A stretch of DNA of 46,824 nt from Intoshia linei (Eukaryota; Animalia; Orthonectida): the NCBI GenBank assembly GCA_001642005.1, contig LWCA01000152.1:1-46824 (forward strand), given 5' to 3'. Below, piece by piece: positions 37,301 to 45,894 of the stretch (position 1 is its first letter; each line of letters begins with the position of its first letter). The translations under genes and the position numbers were made by a program. Under the pieces are notes generated by a model, which worked only from the letters and a program-made list of their open reading frames with translations, searched no databases and had not been told where the DNA came from.

Positions 37301-40300
37301 CAATTGTCGTTTTTCACCCGTAAGATGTGAGTTTGGGAGGTTGAAATTTATCTTATTATATCCCTGGAAAAAACTGTAATTGAAATGTGGACTTTATAAA
37401 ATTCTAAGACTGGTAGTTATTTCAATAAACGATAACACACACGCACAGACAAACAAGTCATTTTATATAATATATTATTATTTATTAATTAATAAGTAAG
37501 GATTATCGAGTAAATCTAAAAATCTAAAAATTATATTGATCAAATTTTGAACATGAGACTTTAAGGCGCTACGAAATTTTACTACTACTAATTCATAGAA
37601 AGGGCGCTGGTCCAAAAAGTATAAGAATCACTGATTTAAACTAGTCTAGGGTTGTCTTAAAACAAGTAAATTGAAGTAATCCACTAAGTACTTTTTTTAT
37701 AATGTGTAAATTGTGTAAAAATAATGAGTCCTATTAAATATTTTACCAATTATTCCTAGTGACCTATGTTAGAATTGTCCAAATATAATTATTTTTGAAG
37801 TATGTAATGACAATATTACTATAATCTAAAGCTCTACGCAAAATTTTAAAGTTTTGGAGACAGAAATGTGGTTGGATCACTAATGGGAAAACATGCGGCA
37901 CAGGCTTTTACAGGAATAATTCATTTCACGCAATGCAAATATTCGCATTTTACTCTAATAAAATTTACTAAAGATACTCAAAATAACTCTCTGAATTTAG
38001 ATAATTTACTTGTTTTGAAAACCACCCGAAATGTATATTATTGTTTATAAGTACATATTTAAAAAATAACATAGAACCCAGTTACAAATGAAGCAACAAA
38101 ATATACACCTTTTAAAATTCAATGTTCAAAATACCTAGCGTCAGTTATGGTTTTGTTATTTATGGTAAATATTATATATATTATATAACATATATATGAT
38201 GTATTTAACCTTTGAGTTTATGTATCCTTTACAACAGGTCCATGTATGAAGTAGTGGAGCAAATGTTTTCATCATAGACCCCCGCTTGCAGAATTTTTAG
38301 GGATGCAATGGATTCCTAAAAAAATAATTACTAAATGAAATATATAACTATTAGTATGACTATTTCATAATCATTGTCATTTTAAATTCATAGAATAAAA
38401 AAATTTCGTGGTCTGAATTCCTGAATCCGGAAATGTCTCAAAAAAGAGTAATTTGTGGTTTTCGCAGTGAAGATATAAGATTTTGAAATTGAATTTTATC
38501 TTAATGTTGATAATTTTAAAATATTTATCATATTGTGTATTTTATATAATTCTAGGACTCGTTTCAATTTAAAAATAAAGGATAATTGGGTTTTTTGACT
38601 TTGAAGAACTCAATTTCGGCAGATTTGATCTACGATAAAACATCACCCTTGAATAACTGTATTATAAATGGTTAATTTTAAAACTCTAAACCTATTACTT
38701 TCTTAAATAAATGGTAACAAAGACATAAACAAATAGACAGAAATACATTTTTACATTTTTAACTGAATTACAATATGTAAGTAAAGATTTTACATTTTTG
38801 GCAATCTGTGTTTATGTTGTACAGAAACAATTGTAAATGGATTTATATTGAAATGTTAATAACATCTTATTGGTTTTTTGCAGGCCCCTAATTGGGGTGG
38901 GCTATAAATTTCCTTGACATTATCTATTGAGAATATGTTATATCTCATTATAAAATATTTATAAATTTAGATTTGCATACTTTTCATCATTACTGCAAAT
39001 ATAATCGTCTATAGAGTAATTTTTATTTACCACATATTAATTCTAGTACTACAGTAGTTAATCTGTTGTGTACTTTATACAAACAGTAACTACCTCTGCC
39101 GAGTGAGAACTTTCAAAATATGCCTATTTTAATTTTACTAATCAAAAATATAATAATGAATTTTCATATTCATTTTATCCATCTTTTATGACCGTGAAGA
39201 CGGTAATTTAGAAGATTGAAATCTTTTCTGAATGTTAACCTAAAAAACATAAATATATTATATTAGCTATGATTTTTTTAAATTCTAAAACTAAAAGTTT
39301 ATTCATTTACAATTATGTTAAAAAAGGGCAATTTTGATGACCATGAAGATTCAAATTTATTTACTTTTGTGCACCGAAAAAATTGAATTTTAATTTGTGT
39401 GTTTTAAATTCTGAGACACTCAGTTTTTTAAATAAATTACTACTCAGCCACATTTTTAACAAATTATTTTTATTATAATAAATAATTATTTTACTCTATC
39501 AATGAGAATAATATAAGTGAGAATATCAGGCTGGTCAAAATACGACAGAATAATTTGAAAAAGAGTACATTTGTATTTTGTTTCTGAATCCTAAATTATT
39601 TTACACTTTTTGGAAACGCTGTTATGCATACATTTAGATTTTCACCAATATACGTTATTGCAGTGATATAAGCAAGTTATCATGTTTATTTGTCTCCAAT
39701 ATTGTATCCAGTTTAGCAAATACAATCGCAATCGTTGCTTTTGGTGCGGTATTTCCTTCTTTAATTAATTAATATTTTTTATTTAGGTATATAATATCTT
39801 GGCTGTAAAATTGACAGATTGGGGTATCATACTCTTTAAAATTTAAATAAATCATAATAATGTACTTATTCTTATAATCAAAAACTAGAAAACCACCAAA
39901 CTGAAACAAATTACAACAACGCATTAATTATAAAACTGTTTAGTTTCCATTTTATCAATAGCTATACTACACCGTTTTATATAGCATTTTTTCGGAACGT
40001 AAGTTTCAATACAATATTCTCATAAATACAATTTATCAATACATAACTAAAATATAGATCAAATTTGAAAATGGCGTTTTTGGATTAGGCGGAGAGTACC
40101 AGGATACTTGCGATAAAGAATGTATGCAAATGCTCACTATACAGATTTTTTTTCTGATGATTGGAAAAGCTTTTCCAAAATTTTTTACTGATGTTGTTTT
40201 ACCGTAATATTTACAATTATATTCTTATATTATGAAATTTAAATTTTTCTGTAAAGGTTAATTACCCATCTGACCCTTACAAGGTATAATCAATCTTATG

Positions 40301-43300
40301 TTCAATTATTTAGAGTTTTGAAAAGGATTAAACAACGCGGATTTTTTAACAAAGTTGTAAGAGTGGCATTAGACAAATCCATATATATGGAAAGAGAGTA
40401 TATTAAACCTCAACTAACAGATTTTACATTGTCTGAATACAACGAAAAAATTATCCTGTATGGTTTTGTTATGGTTTGAATGTTTTTTTATATTATACAA
40501 ATGAATTTGTGAATACAAATAATTTTGTTTATAAGTTATGTGACCAGTGTCGTAGCAAGGATTTTAATAAGTTAGGTTTATAAATTATAAAAATTATCAT
40601 CATCTCCTTAAAATAATTTTTTTGAAAACTTGCATTATTACAATTTCTACTTGGAGTATAAAGTAAATTTTAAATCTTTGACAAAACGTTGTTCAAGTTT
40701 TTTTTATATTAATATATGACTTTGTTTTCATCATGGGCTCGTCGCTGCTGTGATCATTATACGACACTAAATTTGATGTAAGTTGTTTATTGTAGTTTAT
40801 AAAAATTATTTTGAATTTTCAAACATTTATTTACATTCGTACATACGGCTTTTTAAAAAAATGTTTGATAGGTGCCAAAACTGTTATACAGAACAGAATG
40901 TTAATGATTCATGACAAATATACAAGTTTTAAAATCCCTGATGAGAGTCACTAAAAAGTTTTTTAGTTTTAAAGCAAAAAGGTTTACTTGTAACATTAAA
41001 ATGTAGATTTTTGCTGCATCGATACCGATAGGACCATTAATTGCACTGATTGTCATTTATGCGGATATAAAAGTAGATGCAAGTAGATTGCTTTGGATAT
41101 ACAGACGACCTGTTGCCGATATATCACAAAATATTGGAATTTGGCAAGGCATTTTAGAATTGCTCAATGTCATTGGAGTTATATCCAATGCGTTTCTAAT
41201 TGCCTATACCAGTAAATTCGGTACAATTTTTTAATTAATAATTAGTAATTATTTTTAAAAAAAAGATAATTAGTAAAAAATAGGGCATATATTGCTAATC
41301 ACAATTTTTTGTCCTTCATCGCAGATTTTTGTAAATTAGGGTCGCTAATGTGGGCGATATCTAAAAAACTTTAAGATGCGTCGAATTGAGAGGTTTTGAA
41401 TATGAATATGAGGGTGTCAAATTGACACTGTCAATCCCAGAATGTAATGATATTTTCTCAAGGAATACAAATATACTCCAAGTTTTGATTATAAAATATT
41501 TCAGGTGGCGATTCTGCATCAAAAAAGGTTGAAAATAAAGGTTGTAGATAGAAATTTTAATTAAGCACATTGTACAATGTACATTTACATAAAAATTATA
41601 TGATATTTATACATTAAAATTAGGTAAGGATTATCTCAATTCTACTGAAAGAAAAATGATTTTTGTCGTAATTTTTGAGGTACATTATTAATAAAATTAT
41701 AAGAATGTAATCTTTAATAACTATATCCTTTACATGCTAAAGGGCGTGTGATCAAAATAGCCTTTATATTCATATTAAATTTAAATGTCTGAGTACCAAT
41801 ATTCGTTGAAAGCAAATCAGGAATTTTGGTTTTGAAATATTATCTTAAACTAGTCGACTGTTATGTACGTACAACTTTTACGTTTTATTGTATAAAAAAT
41901 AAATTCAATAAGAAAATCTAACTTAAAAATGATACTATTCACTTTTATCAATCATTTAAAGGAGTGGTTCCCAAACTTATTTCACGTGGATCCGTCATAT
42001 CACATTACCTTTTAATTTAAAGTGAATTATTCCATTTTAATTCGTTTTGTTAACATTTGTGTCAATAATTTTAAAAACAATTATTATCCCATTTTTTGAA
42101 TTTATTAGACCGAATGTGTATATAATATTAAAAATAAAGTAAAAACAGTTCAATCCTAAAAATTGTCATAAATATAAAAATGATAATAACAAAGTTGTAT
42201 TACTTTTAGTAATTCGTTGTTGTAGTGTTATATTAATTTTAAACATAATGTTTTGAAAATGAGAATGAAAAATTGCGTAGCAATGAAAAAAAATCCGAAG
42301 GAATCAATTATATAGATTTTCACCCATATTTCTTTATTGGAAATGTGTCGAGGTTCAATGCACATTTTTTTTGAAATTGTAGGATGATTATTTTACTTTT
42401 TCATTTTATCCAACATTTAAAAAATATTGGTTGATAATATATTAAAAATTATTTTTCACCGGCAATGAATAGATTTCTGGGTTGAAATTTTGTATTTATA
42501 TCAAATGAAATAAGCTCTATCAAAATAGTCTTTTTATTTAATTGTAGGACCATTAATTATTTTAAATTTTTTGTAATACATTTTGTTATTATTAATAAAA
42601 TAGTTTCTAAATAAAAAAAATTAATATTAAAGTACTTAAAGTAACTTACTGAGATTGAAATTTTTTTTGAATTCTATAGCGGTTTTCATTTTAAAAAAAA
42701 GGTGTTCTGTGTTTTTGAACGTGTAAATTACCTTTGATGAATTTATGATGCTTCTGAAATTAAAAACCATTCAATAATTTATTTTGTATAAAATTATAAG
42801 ACATTCTTAATTTTTACAAAAAAGGGTAATTTCGGTTTTGGCCCTGATGATATAAGATTTTGAAATTGAAAATTATCATAATATTAATAAATTTAAAATT
42901 CTTTATTAGAATGTGTAATTTTTATAATTCTAGGATGGGTTTGAATTTAAAAACAAAAGACAATTCGTGGTTTTTCCCTTGAAGGGCTCAATTTATGCCC
43001 TTACTTGTTAAAATAAAATGGAAAAAATAAACAGACATACATTTTTAACCCTTTTACTTTATATAAGTACGGATGTGCCAAATACATTGTGCCATTTTAT
43101 TTATATTTTTATATTTTAAGCGGATTCATTAATACATGGTGTATTTCTATTTAGCATGCTCTATTCACCATCAAATTTTTGGCGGCATATGCTATACCTG
43201 ATGTACCCAAGCAAATAGCCATTGCGATACGAAGAGTAATTTGAATTAAAATGTTTTCCAACCAGAGATTATGAAAAGTTTAGGCTACCAGTAAGATTTA

Positions 43301-44013
43301 AGCTCAAAGAATGGTATCACCGTTCTTAAAATTTAAAGTTAAAAATATATGTCCCAATACTATAAACAAATTTAATTCATATTTGTTTGTTAAATTCAAT
43401 TTAATTTAAATTCGTACCAATTTTCTATGTAAAAATGTACTTGTGTAAAAAAATGGTTAAGAAATATAAATAGTATCTACGGTCATAAAATATTCACATT
43501 TTGACTCAGTTCATATAAATTTATGTCTTTTTTTGAAATTATATAATTTTTTTAAAAATGACGAAAAATTTGTCCGTGAACTGTGTCTAAAATAAACGAA
43601 TTTTTAATTGATTTTTTTTTAATTAATATGATTAGTGTCACATGATCTATGTTATATTTTAAAATTATAACAAATGCATGGCAACTACGGTGGAAAAAAT
43701 GTTGCCATATTTTTTTACTATGAAAAATGTTAGGAAAACATAAAAAGGTAAAGACGCGGGGTTTTTTGCGACGAAAATAAAAAAATTTATATCATTCTGC
43801 AGTAAATTAAACGGAGATTATTATCTATATATATAATATATGTATGTCTTTTTTAAAATTCAAAAAAAAGTCCAAATTGGAATAGTTATAATATACATGT
43901 AGTTTAGAAACCTCTGCGTTATACAATATTTGTAAAATAAAGTTACTTTCTAATACACATTTTAGGCAAACTTTCGATTTTGCAAAATAATAGAACAATA
44001 CAAAGAACAATAA
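31321..44013 (+). CDS. Anoctamin / TMEM16 family protein, paralogue B (about 790 aa, 20 exons)
   Basis: Exons 31321-31566, 31723-31857, 33187-33256, 33664-33764, 33981-34065, 34121-34466, 34512-34586, 35204-35298, 35344-35465, 38075-38164, 38971-39015, 39638-39748, 39787-39823, 39889-39998, 40058-40203, 40314-40473, 41007-41220, 41624-41679, 43155-43235, 43966-44013. Most exon lengths equal those of paralogue A (135, 101, 85, 346, 95, 122, 90, 45, 111, 37, 110, 56, 81). Last exon ANFRFCKIIEQYKEQ* assigned by similarity to A's EKYRVSEIVRKF. Confidence 0.92.
32084..32962. mobile_element. hAT MITE, tandem-array family (4-5 units)
   Basis: Starts CAGTGGTTCCCGATC; units at about 32194, 32308, 32424, 32537 (period 113-116 bp); CTGGCAACTCTG at about 32822; ends CGAAAACCATTA. 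Confidence 0.8.
33435..33504. mobile_element. Minimal 70-bp hAT MITE
   Basis: CAGTGATACCCAAC and GGTTGAGAAACACTG; TSD AATTAAAG/ATTTAAGG (6/8). Confidence 0.65.
35480..35753. mobile_element. TIR MITE (hAT-like)
   Basis: CAGTTCCAAACCTACCGTGTCC and GGACTTGGTAGGTTCTGCTCTG; TSD CATTTCAA/CTTTTGAA (6/8). A related end GGTAGGTTCGGCTCTA lies at about 19949-19964. Confidence 0.6.
35840..37502 (-). mobile_element. Helitron H1, near full-length copy
   Basis: Degenerate 3' hairpin TTTGTACTACATACAAACAG near 35851; 5' end ACAGACAAACAAG...AAGTAAGGA|T (TC after A on the minus strand). Confidence 0.75.
36060..36301. mobile_element. Tc2/pogo-type MITE
   Basis: TIRs CCGTATTTTTCGGAGTATAAGGCG and CGCCTTATACTCCGAAAAATAAGG; TA TSDs at 36058-36059 and 36302-36303; internal GCGCCTTAT repeats. 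Confidence 0.85.
38400..38790 (-). mobile_element. Helitron H1 5'-half fragment
   Basis: GAAGATATAAGATTTTGAAATTG...TTCTAGGACTCG...AAACAAATAGACAG...ATATGTAAGTAAAGAT matches the 5' half of other copies. Confidence 0.6.
39050..39470 (-). mobile_element. Helitron H1, degraded copy
   Basis: CTGTTGTGTACTTTATACAAACAGTAACTACCTCTGCCGAG at about 39063, followed by GACCGTGAAG-type internal repeats. Confidence 0.6.
41850..43073 (-). mobile_element. Helitron H1 copy with both termini (1224 bp)
   Basis: + strand reads a|CTAGTCGACTGTTATGTACGTAC...TATATAAGTACGGA|t, i.e. 5'-TC...CTAG-3' on the minus strand, inserted in an AT dinucleotide with no TSD. The 3' hairpin is partly deleted. Confidence 0.85.
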
Positions 44014-44022
44014 ATCTTTATT
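44009..44022. terminator. Bidirectional polyadenylation element AATAAA-TC-TTTATT overlapping both stop codons
   Basis: The + strand AATAAA (44009-44014) contains the anoctamin B TAA (44011-44013). The - strand AATAAA (44022-44017) contains the AASDHPPT TAA (44020-44018). Confidence 0.6.
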
Positions 44023-45456
44023 TAGTCTTTTTATTTAAATATTCATTCCAAATGTTACATTCTGGTTTGACTGATGTTTCACACGGCATCAGTTTCAACA
44101 ATTCATCCTGGTTTATATTTTTAATTATCTAAATAAATAATATACATATTAAAAATGTTGGTCAATAGCGAAAACTGGCGAATAACCGAGGTTTTGTATG
44201 AAAATCACAAGAACTACAGGTATTTTGAGTGAATAGTGGAAGTTAACTTGTACAATTTATTTTTATTAGAAAGTTTTCAGAAAAATTTATGAGACATTGA
44301 GGGTTGGTTAAACTTAAAGAGAGATATCATTTTTACTAATACTAATTTACAATGTTAATAAAATGATGACACAATGATTTGATATTCTTTACAGTATATA
44401 CAGAAAAAAACATTACATGTTGGCATTTGTTTGTAGTGCAAACTGTAAGAATATGCTCATCAATAAGAAATTCTGAAAAATAGCAATCGATATCAATATC
44501 ATTAATCTTTAATTTCGTGCTAGTCACAAAATTTTGTAATTTTTCATTAATCATAAATTGAATTTTACTTAAATCGGTACATATTCCTATACCCACCATT
44601 TTCGCATAACTTTCTTTCAAAGCCTAATTTTACAGTATAGTTAATATAAACAATATAAAAAATGATTAGCATTAATAAAACATGATACAACCGATCTAAA
44701 ATTTTGGGGAATTTTTGGTATTTCCTTGAATTCCAAAAAGGAAAATTGAGGGAAACATATGATGCGACTACTTTAATGGTACAGCCTAGTTTTAATGATC
44801 ATTGATCATATATCGATTAAAATTTAGTAACGGGTACGGACGGTTAGAGAAAACTTGAGACGCCACAGGTTAGTCATAATAGGGAATGTCAGTCCGTGTA
44901 GGGCTATTATAATTTACCCAAATACGCAAAAAACAATGTAATTGATTTGCACTGTTATTGATAAAGTCAATTTCTGCGGGATGATTAACCTTGGACATGC
45001 TTTTTATATAATCTTCAATATTAACTAAAATAAAAAACATCATTCACATTGGTTAGTGAATGTAAACCTGGAATTCTCTCACTAAGAGAAACAATATCTA
45101 TTCCAATATTGGTTTCATTAGAACCAGCCACACCGACCATATTATGTTGATGAGCCAAATTGAAAAAGAAATGTTCATTTACAATAAAAGGTTTGCCATT
45201 ATCCTGTCTACTTAATTGGGATTGCCAATTAAATTTTTCTTTTGCCAAAGAATATCGAATTAACAACCTACCAAACTAATAAATGAGTAAATTGTAAAAG
45301 CTAAACCAATGACTGCAAATAATTGGCTGAAAATATTTGCTTTCTAATTTCTGTAAATTCTTCCACAGATATTTGGCATACACATTTCAACAGAAAAGAT
45401 TTCGATATTTTTAATTTATTTAGCCATAAATAATAAATTTTCAATTTCATTAACAT
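44018..45456 (-). CDS. AASDHPPT: Sfp-type 4'-phosphopantetheinyl transferase (AASDHPPT), about 260 aa
   Basis: Exons 45456-45307, 45275-45068, 45024-44918, 44623-44417, 44128-44018; in phase. Motifs SL|FGRLLIR, NGKPF, FNLAHQ, IGIDIV, FLRIW|ALKESYAKMVGIG, IDEHIL correspond to human GRLMIR, KGKP, FNISHQ, VGIDIM, NWALKESFIKAIGVG, IDEHHF. Confidence 0.92.
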
Positions 45457-45523
45457 TTCAATTATCAATTGAATATCGCTCAAATTACAATTTGTATAAA
45501 AACACATTTTAATCATAATTATA

Positions 45524-45894
45524 CTAGGTTGACTGTTATGTACTACGTACAAACAGCATATAGCTCTGCCGAGAGACATTTTGACCGTGAAGGCGTCACT
45601 TATTAAGATTGACATTTTTTGTGTGTATTAACAGGATACAACTGTACCACCTCCAAATTTTTTTAAATTCTAGGATTGTTTTCATTAAAAAAAAATTGAT
45701 TTTCAAAAAAAGGACTATTAGGCTTTTTGACCAGTAAGATGTGAGCTTGGGAAGTTGAAATTTATTTTACTAACTCAACGGAAAAAAACTGTAATTGAAA
45801 TGTGGTCTTTAAAAATTCTAAGAATGCTAGTTATTTCAATAAAGTAGGACAGACAGACAAATAAAAATTGCGTCGCATTTTATATAAGTTAAGA
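45524..45894 (-). mobile_element. Helitron H1 short copy directly upstream of AASDHPPT
   Basis: a|CTAGGTTGACTGTTATGTACTACGTACAAACAG...GACAGACAGACAAA...TTATATAAGTTAAGA. Confidence 0.8.

Larger units (their letters stand above)
35816..37633. mobile_element. hAT MITE hosting a nested Helitron
   Basis: TIRs CAGTGATTCTTA and TAAGAATCACTG; flanks ATATAAA(C) and ATTTAAAC. Confidence 0.7.

Noticed and set aside
40936-40965. CTGATGAGAGTC hammerhead-like core
   Set aside because: No stem II complement and no GAAA downstream.
44700-44760. Minus-strand QFSFLEFKEI as an alternative AASDHPPT exon
   Set aside because: No in-phase acceptor, and exon 3 (45024-44918) already supplies this region through FLRIW.
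44845-44865. GAGAAAACTTGAGAC similarity to RNase P CR-I
   Set aside because: No CR-V partner and too little room downstream before the coding exon.
302-45570. Recurrent palindromic ~35-bp motif CTGTTATGTACTTCGTACAAACAG resembling a CRISPR repeat or tRNA-derived SINE head
   Set aside because: Copies are dispersed, not regularly spaced, have no A/B boxes and abut CTAG; explained as Helitron 3' hairpins.
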